Shown here: piece by piece, positions 8,952 to 18,081 of the stretch | Layout of the letters: the number at the start of each line of letters is the position of its first letter | Position numbering within the stretch: position 1 is the stretch's first letter | NCBI GenBank assembly: GCA_964529395.1 | Contig: CAZGVI010000013.1 | Coordinates: 5,147-69,146 of the forward strand | Direction of reading: 5' to 3' | DNA from: an uncultured Acetatifactor sp. | GTDB lineage: Bacteria; Bacillota; Clostridia; Lachnospirales; Lachnospiraceae | Length of the DNA stretch: 64,000 nt | Program-made: the position numbers and the translations under genes | The notes under the pieces: model-generated | Databases searched by the model: none | The model's input: the letters and a program-made list of their open reading frames with translations, nothing else | Told to the model about the DNA's origin: nothing

Positions 8952-10454
8952 TCATATCTCCACCGCCAAATGCAGCACACTGCATGCCGGGATCGTAAAC
9001 TTCAGGTTCTGTCCCGCGATCTCCACCCGGTCAAACCGCTCTGTGTGTACCGCGTCAGGGTCTTCAAAGGTATTGTGCGCGTGCATCTCTCCGGTAAGGA
9101 TCGTGCCCTCCACTCCTTTGATGGCGGTTTCGGTGAATACCGCGTCTATATCATAACTCTCTGTCACGGACAGATTGTTCAAAGTCACATGGATCCTGCC
9201 GTCCTTGCCCAGAGTCACAGACTCGTGAAGGTTGGGCACTTTCCCGTCCTCGCCGCCGATCTCCTGAGTCTCCACATAACTCTCCAACAGCTCCGCGTCC
9301 TGATGGTACTTGTACATGTTGAACACATGATAAGTGGGCGTCTTGATCATCTTCTCGCCCTCGGTCAGGATCACGGACTGCAGCACATTCACCAGCTGGG
9401 CAATATTGGCCATCTTCACACGGTCGCAATGTTTGTTGAAAATATTCAGGTTGATGCCTGCCACCAGCGCGTCTCTCATGGTGTTCTGCTGATACAGGAA
9501 ACCGGGGTTTGTACCGGGCTCCACATCGTACCAGGTACCCCACTCGTCTATGATAAGTCCGATCTTTTTCTCGGGATCATACCTGTCCATGATCGCGCCG
9601 TGGCCCTTGATCAGATCCTCCATGTGCAGAGTCTTCCTCAATGTCCTGTAATAGCTCTTCTCGTCAAAATCCAGCGCGCTGCCCTTATGGCTCCAGTCGT
9701 CATTGGGAAGCGTATAATAGTGCAGGGACAGGCCGTTCATAAATCCATGGGCATGCTCCGCATGGTCGTGGGTAGTCTTCAATACGCCCTCGGTCCAATA
9801 GTAGTCGCCCGCATTGGCGCCGCAGCACACCTTGAATATCTCCTCGCCCTTCTTATAGTTCCGCACATATGTCTGATATCTGCGGTACAGGTTTCCGTAA
9901 TACTCAGGGGTCATATTACCGCCGCAGCCCCAGTTCTCGTTGCCCACGCCGAAATAGTCCACCTTCCAGCTCTCGGGATGGCCGTTTTTTGCCCGCAGAT
10001 CCGCCATGGGGGAGACGCCCTCAAAAGTCATATACTCCACCCACTCGCTCATCTCCTGCACCGTCCCGCTGCCCACATTGCCGTTGATATATGTCTTACA
10101 GCCCAACTGGCGGCACAGTTCCATGAACTCATGCGTACCGAAACTGTTGTCCTCCACCACTCCACCCCAATGGGTGTTGATCATCTTTTTGCGGCTCTCC
10201 TTGGGGCCGATGCCGTCCATCCAATGATACTCGTCGGCAAAGCAGCCACCCGGCCAGCGCAGTACCGGAATCTGCATTTCTTTAAGGGCCTCCACCACGT
10301 CGTTGCGGATACCGCCCGTATTTGGGATGTCGGAATCTTCGCCCACATATAGCCCCTCATAAATGCATCTTCCCAGATGCTCGGAAAAGTGTCCCTGTAA
10401 CTCCGGATTAACATGACCTAGCGGATGCTTGGGGTTTACGTACAATTTTGCCAT
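8952..10454 (-). CDS. abfA: GH51 alpha-L-arabinofuranosidase (cytoplasmic)
   Basis: 500 aa; [42 protein letters not shown]. Confidence 0.93.
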   Translation of the reverse strand: MAKLYVNPKHPLGHVNPELQGHFSEHLGRCIYEGLYVGEDSDIPNTGGIRNDVVEALKEMQIPVLRWPGGCFADEYHWMDGIGPKESRKKMINTHWGGVVEDNSFGTHEFMELCRQLGCKTYINGNVGSGTVQEMSEWVEYMTFEGVSPMADLRAKNGHPESWKVDYFGVGNENWGCGGNMTPEYYGNLYRRYQTYVRNYKKGEEIFKVCCGANAGDYYWTEGVLKTTHDHAEHAHGFMNGLSLHYYTLPNDDWSHKGSALDFDEKSYYRTLRKTLHMEDLIKGHGAIMDRYDPEKKIGLIIDEWGTWYDVEPGTNPGFLYQQNTMRDALVAGINLNIFNKHCDRVKMANIAQLVNVLQSVILTEGEKMIKTPTYHVFNMYKYHQDAELLESYVETQEIGGEDGKVPNLHESVTLGKDGRIHVTLNNLSVTESYDIDAVFTETAIKGVEGTILTGEMHAHNTFEDPDAVHTERFDRVEIAGQNLKFTIPACSVLHLAVEI

Positions 10455-10519
10455 AGTTTAGTCCTCGCTTTATGTTTTATTTTTTACTAAAATAGTATAC
10501 TTTCCCCTTAACTTCTTTA

Positions 10520-10548
10520 ATAGTAGTATGAAATACAATCAATGTCAA
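10520..10548 (-). promoter_or_regulatory. sigma-A promoter of the abfA-GH43 operon
   Basis: TTGACA (10543-10548) - 17 bp - TACTAT (10520-10525). Confidence 0.7.
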
Positions 10549-10663
10549 CACAATCCGTAAAATAAGTTTCACAGTTTTTAGAATTATTTTTTAGGCATAT
10601 TTACCTTGTGTATAAATGGTCCAAATTTTTGTAAAATCTACATCATTTTGAACTGCTATAGCA

Positions 10664-10691
10664 TTGACTTTACTTTATGAAATGTTATAAT
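10664..10691 (+). promoter_or_regulatory. sigma-A promoter of the ArsR-family regulator
   Basis: TTGACT - 16 bp - TATAAT. Confidence 0.6.
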
Positions 10692-10743
10692 AAAAATAGA
10701 AATTGAGCAAAAGAAGTCTGGATTTTTGAGAAAGAGGGTTTTT

Positions 10744-11670
10744 ATGTTATATTTTCAATCTATCGGGGAAGCAGAAACAGTTTTTAAGGCCTTGAGCACT
10801 CCCATGCGCCTGAAGATCATGGAGATGATCTATAAAGACGATAAGCTGAGCATGAATGATCTGGCGGAAGCTCTGGGGCTGACCAACGGTGCCATCTCCA
10901 TGCACGTGAGCAAACTGGAGGAGGCCGGTCTGGTAAAGATCCGCACCACCTCCGGCAAGAGAGGGACCATGAAGATCATTCGTCCCCGATACGACCGTCT
11001 GATAATCGATCTTGCGCCTATAAAGGATGTACGGCACTGCTATACGGACGATATCCAGGTCGGTTACTACACCACCTGCAGCGTATCTCCCACCTGCGGA
11101 CTGGCTACCAGCAAGGAGATCATCGGTTCCCTGGACGACGCCCGGGTATTCTCTTTTCCGGAAAGATTTAAAGCGGGCATCCTGTGGTTTGGCAGCGGCT
11201 ATGTGGAGTACAATCTGCCCAATCACCTACAGGCCGGCCAAACCCTGACAGAACTGCAGATATCCTTTGAGATCTCTTCGGAATGTCCGGAATACAATGA
11301 GGACTACCCCTCGGATATCCATTTTTCCATCAATGGGATCAGTCTGGGCATGTGGGTAAGCCCCGGCGATTTCGGCGCACGCAAGGGATATCTCTGCCCC
11401 GCCTGGTGGCCCGAGCTGCTGAATCAATACGGTCTGTTAAAAACTCTGATCATCAATAACGAAGGCTGCTTTATCGACGGAACCAACAAGATCTCTGACG
11501 TGACGATTCAGGATCTTGACCTCAATTATAACAGCTATATCAGTTTCCGTTTTGAAGTGCCCAAGGACACTGCCAACGTGGGAGGATGCACTTTGTTTGG
11601 GGAAGATTTCGGAGACTATAACCAGGCTATCAAGGTGAAAGCCTATTACGAAGAAGAGAATGAAGGGTAG
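10744..11670 (+). CDS. ArsR-family HTH transcriptional regulator (probable arabinan-locus regulator)
   Basis: N-terminal wHTH (VFKALSTPMRLKIM..LAEALGLTNGAISMHVSKLEEAGLV) plus long C-terminal domain; divergent from abfA; ATG at 10744 after GAGG. Confidence 0.85.
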   Translation: MLYFQSIGEAETVFKALSTPMRLKIMEMIYKDDKLSMNDLAEALGLTNGAISMHVSKLEEAGLVKIRTTSGKRGTMKIIRPRYDRLIIDLAPIKDVRHCYTDDIQVGYYTTCSVSPTCGLATSKEIIGSLDDARVFSFPERFKAGILWFGSGYVEYNLPNHLQAGQTLTELQISFEISSECPEYNEDYPSDIHFSINGISLGMWVSPGDFGARKGYLCPAWWPELLNQYGLLKTLIINNEGCFIDGTNKISDVTIQDLDLNYNSYISFRFEVPKDTANVGGCTLFGEDFGDYNQAIKVKAYYEEENEG

Positions 11671-11713
11671 ACGCCCTTTTTATGGACGTTTCTGTATATA
11701 CGTATGACATGCA

Positions 11714-13249
11714 TTATTTCACTTCGTATATTGCATCCTTCATATACCAATTCGCAACCAATCCGCTTATCATCCCCGAATCGTCGTAGGACATTTCTGT
11801 ATCGCTGTTTATCCACAGGGGATAGGGATGATTGCTATACGGCTGCACATAGACCACCTTTTCTTCATTTCTGTACAATTGCAGACGCTGTAGATATTCA
11901 TGCCAATATAAATTTCCCTCGCCATCCGCGATCAGCCTGTATGCCCCATAATTTACAAAAGTAGCCTTTTTACTCACATCATCCAATCTGATGAAACTGA
12001 TGATGCCTGTCAGCAAAGCTATTAACAATACCACTGTCCATCTCATGACATTTTTTCCGTATCTGGGAATCATCGCCCTGGCCGCTTTTACTCTGTGAAC
12101 CAGCCATCCACACCAATAGGCCTCCAGCAGCACCAAACACAGCAGTAAAAACATTTTGCAGATGTTTTGATTTCTTGACAAAGGTTCTTCGCCCAAAGCA
12201 TAAAATCCCGGCGCAAACATAGATGCATAGAGGCAATATGTCGCCCCCGTCACCAGCAGCGGGCAGCGAAAGGAGTATTTGCTGTTATCAGCAGCTCTCA
12301 AAAACATGGGCAGCAGCAAGATCAATATCACGATCACATATATGTTGATCCAGGCAGTCATCTGTGAGAACGAATAAGCAAAACTCTTCCCTATCGTGCC
12401 TATAATACTTCCCCGCTGAAAATTTGCCTGTCTCACCGCATTGCCCGGGGCTAATACATTTACCAGGAATCCTGACTCCCCGATCAAAAAAGGAATCGCA
12501 AACCATAGATAGGTCTTCCTTCCCTGAACTTTCCATAATATTACTGCCAGAATCCCCAATAACACCAATATCTCCGCCGTTAACAGCGTCGTTGAAAAAT
12601 TACCTCCGGCCGCCATGAACGCCGCCCCTGTACATATTGCCAGTTCAATACACCACCAAATACTCTTACCCCGGTTGTGAAATATTCTCTCAAAGCTTAA
12701 CAGGGCAAACCCCGCCATCAAATTGACGAAACCCTGCATAAACACATAGTGGACAGCGCCATTATACCAATATAGACCAGAGGCCGGTGTATACATAAAC
12801 GCGCACTGCATAACGCATGACGCCATCACTGCGGACATACAGGTGTAGCCATCCAGCTCCATCCATCTCTTTAAAAGTGCATGCATAAAAACCATTGTGG
12901 AAATACATGTCATACCGATCATCATATAAGGTACGGCATGTGCATATTGTTCTCCAAACGCCATGGGTGAAATTGAAAAAAAGAAAACAGAGCTATATGT
13001 TCCCTGCCAGCTTTTATAGAATTCCGCGACTTTAGAAAACGCCGTCTTTATAACCTCTATCAGATTATGAGTGTTCAGCCATGTACAATGTACATGAAAC
13101 GCAAACCAGTAGTCGTCTCCTGCCCCATGATTGTATCGCCCTATATACAGCAGAGGTACTATGAACCACAAAAAGCCTAATACAGCAAAACAACAGAATA
13201 CTTTTCGAGTTAAGAATTTCCTCTCCAATTTGTCAATCCAATTCTTCAT
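11714..13249 (-). CDS. Multi-pass membrane protein, DUF6056/GT-C glycosyltransferase-like
   Basis: 511 aa, many hydrophobic segments, DDY motif in the loop after TM1, APGN motif; visibly more AT-rich than neighbours. Confidence 0.6.
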   Translation of the reverse strand: MKNWIDKLERKFLTRKVFCCFAVLGFLWFIVPLLYIGRYNHGAGDDYWFAFHVHCTWLNTHNLIEVIKTAFSKVAEFYKSWQGTYSSVFFFSISPMAFGEQYAHAVPYMMIGMTCISTMVFMHALLKRWMELDGYTCMSAVMASCVMQCAFMYTPASGLYWYNGAVHYVFMQGFVNLMAGFALLSFERIFHNRGKSIWWCIELAICTGAAFMAAGGNFSTTLLTAEILVLLGILAVILWKVQGRKTYLWFAIPFLIGESGFLVNVLAPGNAVRQANFQRGSIIGTIGKSFAYSFSQMTAWINIYVIVILILLLPMFLRAADNSKYSFRCPLLVTGATYCLYASMFAPGFYALGEEPLSRNQNICKMFLLLCLVLLEAYWCGWLVHRVKAARAMIPRYGKNVMRWTVVLLIALLTGIISFIRLDDVSKKATFVNYGAYRLIADGEGNLYWHEYLQRLQLYRNEEKVVYVQPYSNHPYPLWINSDTEMSYDDSGMISGLVANWYMKDAIYEVK

Positions 13250-13392
13250 AAAAATATGATCGTTTCACAAAGCACAAAATAAATATGAAACGGCTCCCTT
13301 CGCATTATAGTCCATCATTTGTACTATTATATCCGCTTTGTTTCTTTGTGTCTACCTCTCACCCCAAATTTTACTTTTTTTACATTTTTTAG

Positions 13393-13421
13393 TTGACAAT
13401 ATTTATCGGAGTTCCTATAAT
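13393..13421 (+). promoter_or_regulatory. Perfect-consensus sigma-A promoter of Rpn copy B
   Basis: TTGACA (13393-13398) - 17 bp - TATAAT (13416-13421). Confidence 0.85.
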
Positions 13422-13427
13422 GATTTC

Positions 13428-13612
13428 AAATAGATGAAAATCTTCTCTGTGAAATTCTGTACCCTGCTCAGACCAGGGTAACCTATCAGGAGCGGCCTCG
13501 CCCTGATTCCGGCGTTATCAGCCATATTTCACACAGACAATACAAATATGGTTGAAAGCGGTTCCGTGGCAAAGTATGCATATGCGGTATCCTTACGGCC
13601 GGAAAGGGGTAT
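13428..13612 (+). ncRNA. Conserved structured 5' leader of Rpn copy B
   Basis: Outer stem 13448-13455/13526-13533 enclosing hairpins 13460-13480, 13485-13507 and 13511-13523. Confidence 0.4.
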
Positions 13613-14542
13613 ATGGGAAAAATAGATATTGCGGACAGGCCGTATTTTTCCGATTGCGAAAGGTTTGCGGAGCTTGTGAACATTGCGCTCTATCACGGGG
13701 AAAAAGTACTCAGGCCGGGGGATCTTGTGCTACAGAACAGGAAATATCCGGCACTCTCCAATGCGTACAGCGAGATGGAGAGGGATGTGCTGATGGTAGA
13801 TATGCGGCAAAATATTTGTTACGGTATTGAGATTGAGACGGAATCAGATTATGGGATGCCTGAGCGGATCATGACATACGACGCCTGCGAGTATGAATAT
13901 CAGATGCGGGAGATCGGCCAAAAGCATAAGGATCAAAAGAATTATAAAAATTATCGTGAAAAGAAGAGCAGGATAAAAGAAAGTGAGTACCTTTTTCCTA
14001 TGGTCACGGTGGTTTTGTTTTTGAAGGAGGGGCGCTGGGAAGGCAGACGCAAACTGTCGCAGATGTTTCGGATGTCGGCGGAATCCCAAATATTGTTGGG
14101 GGATAATCTGCGAGACTATGATTTCCCCTTGATAGAGGCGGATTTTGTCAATCCTGACAACTATGATACGGATCTGAAGGAGTTTTTTAAGGCCATGCAA
14201 TGCCGGAGGGACAGAGAAAAGCTGAAGACCTTGTTTCAAACCGAAGAGTTTCGGCATCTCTGTCCCGAGACGGAGCGCGTGATCGCAAGGCATCTGCATG
14301 TAGCCAGATTGTTAAAAAAGATAGAAAAGGAGGAACTGCCCATGTGTAAAGCTTTTGACGATCTGATGAGAGAAGAACGACGAGAAGGAAGACGTGAGGG
14401 AAAACGAGAGGGAAGACAAGAGGGAAAGCGGGAGGAAAGACTTCGGATCATCCGACAGATGGCCAAGGCAGGACTGGATGACACTTCTATCAGCAGAATA
14501 ACCAATTGCACCAGGGAGGAACTTGCCGCGGCGGGAAGGTAA
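13613..14542 (+). CDS. Rpn/YhgA-like recombination-promoting nuclease, copy B
   Basis: 309 aa; differs from copy A by 4 substitutions and two fewer REGK repeats. Confidence 0.85.
   Translation: MGKIDIADRPYFSDCERFAELVNIALYHGEKVLRPGDLVLQNRKYPALSNAYSEMERDVLMVDMRQNICYGIEIETESDYGMPERIMTYDACEYEYQMREIGQKHKDQKNYKNYREKKSRIKESEYLFPMVTVVLFLKEGRWEGRRKLSQMFRMSAESQILLGDNLRDYDFPLIEADFVNPDNYDTDLKEFFKAMQCRRDREKLKTLFQTEEFRHLCPETERVIARHLHVARLLKKIEKEELPMCKAFDDLMREERREGRREGKREGRQEGKREERLRIIRQMAKAGLDDTSISRITNCTREELAAAGR
14342..14542 (+). CDS. Putative internally initiated small protein (RpnS-type intragenic antitoxin), copy B, 66 aa
   Basis: AAGGAGG at 14327-14333, in-frame ATG at 14342 (MCKAFDDL..). Confidence 0.6.
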   Translation: MCKAFDDLMREERREGRREGKREGRQEGKREERLRIIRQMAKAGLDDTSISRITNCTREELAAAGR

Positions 14543-14581
14543 AAATACATTGCCTGTTAGCCCCTCTGAAATAAATCTATT

Positions 14582-14614
14582 AAAAAAGGAACTGCCATCG
14601 CGACAGTTCCTTTT
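14582..14614. terminator. Bidirectional terminator between Rpn copy B and the LamG lipoprotein gene
   Basis: aaaaggaactg ... cagttcctttt with A/T tracts on both sides. Confidence 0.75.
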
Positions 14615-14633
14615 ACAATTTACTCTCAAGATC

Positions 14634-16205
14634 TTACTGGATATCCAGGAAAGCGTTCTCCACTGTCAGGCAGTAGTACAGATCGCCGTCCACGGCTACG
14701 CCAGTGTAAGACTGATTGTGTACCGTGCCGTCAGCGAGAGTTACTTTCGCCACCACATCGGCAGTGTCCCCATTGTTGGTAATGGTCAGCTCCACATTTG
14801 CACCGTCCATATCTGTCATAAAGGTATCCCAGTTCCAATCGCACTCAGCCGTGGCGATACCCTCATATCCCGCACCCCAGCCAAAATTGTCGGCACGCAT
14901 TACACCGTATTCCTTGTAATCGGCGTTGGCGTCTGCGGAATGTACATCCGCCACGTTCTGCAGTACTACCAGGAAGTTGTGCCAGTTGGCCAGACCGTCC
15001 GTATAGTTTACAAAGTTTACAGTTACAGACTCACCGGAGGGAACGGCTACAACATCCGAAAACTCGCTCCAGAAACCGGTACTGCAATCTGTGGCGCCCA
15101 CTACTGTGCCGGAAGTGGTCACTGCGCTGTGATCAATGGCCACAGGCTCCGCCTCAACCTCCGCGGGAGCTTCCGCCACGGATTCAACGCTGGCGTCGCC
15201 CTCCAGATACAGGCTTGCAACCTGACCGTCCGTCAGAGCCTTATCAAAGAAATACATCTCATCCACAAATCCCTTGTAAATGCTGTCCCAATAGTTGATA
15301 CCGAAGAAACACTCAAAATTGTCATCGGCAGTCAATACATCCGGAGCCAGACCGCCGTAGGTTCCCTCGGCTGCGTCAAACACCAGCTCGCCGTTCAGAT
15401 ACAGCTTGGCCGCTACTCTGTCCAGACCGTCATCCGCAAAATTATATATATCTCCGGTAGCCACCAGCGTTACCAGAACCCATTCCTTCTTGCCGTGAAT
15501 GGAGTCATCTGCCGCATATACCCAGGGCCATACGCCGGTCTCCGAATTTCTGTCCCATACTACAGGGAAGATCTTGGCATTGCCGGTTCCCCATTCGGAC
15601 TGGGTAACATTGATCCACTTAACGGCAACACCCTCATCCGTGTCCGCCATACCCATATCGCTGCCGATCTGCAGGGTAGGTCCGTAGTTGGAGAGTCTGT
15701 CGGCGTTGAGCCAGAAAGAGATGGTATACTCATTGGTATTCAAGGCTTCCACCGGAAGTTTCAGGCCGAAATTGCCGTCAATATAAGTACATTTTCCCAC
15801 AGGGCCGTCCGCATACTGTACAACGATGGGCTGCTCCGCGCCCTCCTTATCCAAATAGGTAGAACTCTCCACCACGCCGTAGGTTGCGCCGGTATTAGCG
15901 CCCTTATCCTCAGACTGGATCATGGTCAGAATGCCCTCGTCCGATCCGTCCATGGCAAAGTGATACAGTGCCTCGGGCAGGGGCTCCGCCTCGGCCAGAC
16001 CACCGGTGGGCTCCTCTGTGCTCTCCTCAGGAGTGCTACTCTCCTCAGAACTTTCTACCGGAGCGCTGCTCTCCTCAGAGCTGGACTCCACTGTAGACTG
16101 CTCTGTGGAATCATTTACCTGCTGTTCGGGAGTGCTGCCGCATGCGGTTAACATGGACATTACCATGGCTGCGCTTAAAAGCGCTGCAAAAACTTTCTTT
16201 TTCAT
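14634..16205 (-). CDS. Lipoprotein with LamG/ConA-like jellyroll domain and C-terminal beta domain (candidate surface glycan-binding protein)
   Basis: Lipobox MLTAC; S/E-rich linker; YTISFWLN, WVLVTLV, KLYLNGE and KGFVDEMYFFDKALT LamG motifs. Confidence 0.7.
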   Translation of the reverse strand: MKKKVFAALLSAAMVMSMLTACGSTPEQQVNDSTEQSTVESSSEESSAPVESSEESSTPEESTEEPTGGLAEAEPLPEALYHFAMDGSDEGILTMIQSEDKGANTGATYGVVESSTYLDKEGAEQPIVVQYADGPVGKCTYIDGNFGLKLPVEALNTNEYTISFWLNADRLSNYGPTLQIGSDMGMADTDEGVAVKWINVTQSEWGTGNAKIFPVVWDRNSETGVWPWVYAADDSIHGKKEWVLVTLVATGDIYNFADDGLDRVAAKLYLNGELVFDAAEGTYGGLAPDVLTADDNFECFFGINYWDSIYKGFVDEMYFFDKALTDGQVASLYLEGDASVESVAEAPAEVEAEPVAIDHSAVTTSGTVVGATDCSTGFWSEFSDVVAVPSGESVTVNFVNYTDGLANWHNFLVVLQNVADVHSADANADYKEYGVMRADNFGWGAGYEGIATAECDWNWDTFMTDMDGANVELTITNNGDTADVVAKVTLADGTVHNQSYTGVAVDGDLYYCLTVENAFLDIQ

Positions 16206-16275
16206 ATCTATTACTCCTCCTATTCTCGCCTTTTACATGGCCTTATATCAAAGGGCGCGAGCAGCGCCCTCCTCA

Positions 16276-17853
16276 TTATGAATTGTCAGCGATCTGTTGT
16301 TCGTATGCGGCGATCTCCTCATCGGACAGCACATTGTAGCCGTTCGGGCCAAAGTAGTCGATCATGGCCTGCGCGTGGTACAGATTCGCTTTCTCCGTAG
16401 CCTCGGTGGCAAAGTCCGCCGCCTTGGAAGTTCCCTTATCTACCAGATCATGAATGCCAATCTTGTTAAAATATTCATCGCAGTAGTTCCAGTAACCGGC
16501 TATGGAAGTCCATCCGAAAGGAATAGGCTGCATACAGCTTGCAAAATAATTCTTCCAATGTGCCACATGCTCCTCATCCATACCCTTGGTGTACATGGCG
16601 ATATAGCTGTCCCAGATCTCTGCGTCCTTGGTGATGGGAGCGGGCATAACGTCATATTTCAGAGCCAGGCCGGTGGCGTTCACGATGGACTCGTCATTAT
16701 AGGCCTCAAGCCTTGTCTTCCAGCCATCCAGTCCGAAACTCATAAACTTTAACAGTTCATATGCCTCCCGGGGATACTTTGTACCCGTAGTCACACCGCC
16801 GAAGTCGATGGTAGCGATGGAATGATGATCCGCAGAGGCATCCTGCTCGGATACCGCCGGTACCACATAGGGGATAACATCCAGATTATATTGCTCAAAT
16901 CCTTCCGTAGCCCAGGTTCCCTGATAGGTCCAGAATGCCTCAGAGAACATTGCCACATGACCGGTCGCGCCAAACCATGCCTCCCAGTCGCCTGCCCAGT
17001 CTTCCATCTCCTGCGTCTCGGTGACAGGCGCCACATAGCCGCCCAGTTTCAGATCCGCGAAGTCCTGCTCGCCCACGGCCCACACACTCAGGTCAAAGGT
17101 CTTGCCGTTATATCCGAACTCTCCGATGATATCCTGACTGGCCGCTATGCCGTAATAGGAATCCAGCCTGTTGTACACGCCCAGTCCGTAATAAGCCATA
17201 CCGTCCGGGGAATCCAGCACCGTACAATCCTTGATCAGCTGGATCATCTCGCTCCAGGTCCAGTCCATGCCGGGTACGTCTACGTTCAGCGTCTCCAGCA
17301 CATTGCGGTCCACATACATCACGCCGGGGAAGAACTTGACCGGCACGCCGTATCTGCCGCTTGTCTGGAAAGTGCCGAGACCGGCGCTGTTCACGGTATC
17401 CGCCAGATTCTGGGTCTCGGGATCCGCGTTCCAATACTCGGAAATATCCAGCAGCAGCATATTGGACAGGGCAAAATCCGCGTCGGAATACATGATACAA
17501 TCCGGAGCGTTGCCGTTGCTCACCAGCGTATTCAGCGTCGTGTTGTATGTAGCCACGTTCTCATATACGGGGTTGACTTTGATGTTGGGATACAGCTCCA
17601 TAAATCTGTCCGCCAGATATTTTACCGTCTCATCCTGATCAAAGTGGAAATAGGTCAGTTCAATGTTGTCATGGGTCAGATCAGCCGCCGGATGATATGT
17701 GATCCCATTGATCACGACCTCCTCCGCTCTCTCTGCTCCGCCGCCTTCGTTTCCCGCCTCTCCGGCATTACCGCTCTCGTTGCCGCACCCAGCTATGCCG
17801 GTCACCATGGCAGCAGACAGCAGCAAGGCCAAAAACCTGTTTCTCTTTTTCAT
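16276..17853 (-). CDS. Sugar ABC transporter solute-binding lipoprotein
   Basis: Lipobox GIAGC; SBP_bac_1-like motifs (FMELYPNIKV, YPREAYELLKFM). Confidence 0.88.
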   Translation of the reverse strand: MKKRNRFLALLLSAAMVTGIAGCGNESGNAGEAGNEGGGAERAEEVVINGITYHPAADLTHDNIELTYFHFDQDETVKYLADRFMELYPNIKVNPVYENVATYNTTLNTLVSNGNAPDCIMYSDADFALSNMLLLDISEYWNADPETQNLADTVNSAGLGTFQTSGRYGVPVKFFPGVMYVDRNVLETLNVDVPGMDWTWSEMIQLIKDCTVLDSPDGMAYYGLGVYNRLDSYYGIAASQDIIGEFGYNGKTFDLSVWAVGEQDFADLKLGGYVAPVTETQEMEDWAGDWEAWFGATGHVAMFSEAFWTYQGTWATEGFEQYNLDVIPYVVPAVSEQDASADHHSIATIDFGGVTTGTKYPREAYELLKFMSFGLDGWKTRLEAYNDESIVNATGLALKYDVMPAPITKDAEIWDSYIAMYTKGMDEEHVAHWKNYFASCMQPIPFGWTSIAGYWNYCDEYFNKIGIHDLVDKGTSKAADFATEATEKANLYHAQAMIDYFGPNGYNVLSDEEIAAYEQQIADNS

Positions 17854-17995
17854 TCTTCTCCTCCTTTTTTGCCATGAAAGCGTCCTAATCTTTTCTATAC
17901 AACATTTATATCATACTCCGCAAAAAAAATCCATATCTTTTATATAAAAAACTTAACTTTTTTAGTCAAAAATAAAATTTTATGAAAAACCAACT

Positions 17996-18034
17996 AAAAA
18001 AAGGTGCTGAAATTGTGAAATATTTCAGCACCTT
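17996..18034 (-). terminator. Terminator after permease 18082-19224
   Basis: aaggtgctgaaat/atttcagcacctt 13-bp stem with U tract on the minus strand. Confidence 0.75.
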
Positions 18035-18081
18035 CTCCAGTAAACAAATATATGGCTAAACTTATTAAACGTTTTCGGGCA

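Larger units (their letters stand above)
13384..14553 (+). repeat. Rpn unit copy B (promoter + leader + CDS); long inverted repeat of about 3569-4762
   Basis: Direct comparison with the reverse complement of copy A. Confidence 0.95.

Noticed and set aside
8946-10352. 468-aa plus-strand ORF
   Set aside because: Antisense shadow of abfA.
13483-13515. Resemblance of ATCAGGAG..GCCCTGA..CCGGC to a SAM-I riboswitch
   Set aside because: Lacks the GAGGGA kink-turn and GCAACC elements and has no terminator; the downstream gene is not in sulfur metabolism.
13446-13537. Cloverleaf-like fold suggesting a tRNA
   Set aside because: No T-loop (TTCRA), D-loop GG or canonical arm lengths on either strand.
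13552-13830. 92-aa ORF overlapping the Rpn start (also 4316-4594 in copy A)
   Set aside because: Identical in both copies only because the DNA is identical; non-ATG start, no RBS, out of frame with Rpn. Not supported, though an upstream-ORF role cannot be excluded.
16020-16110. ctcctc-rich repeats
   Set aside because: Encode the S/E/T-rich linker of the LamG lipoprotein; ordinary low-complexity coding sequence.
14523-16151. 542-aa plus-strand ORF starting in the Rpn 3' end
   Set aside because: Antisense to the LamG lipoprotein and crosses a terminator; no protein-like features.
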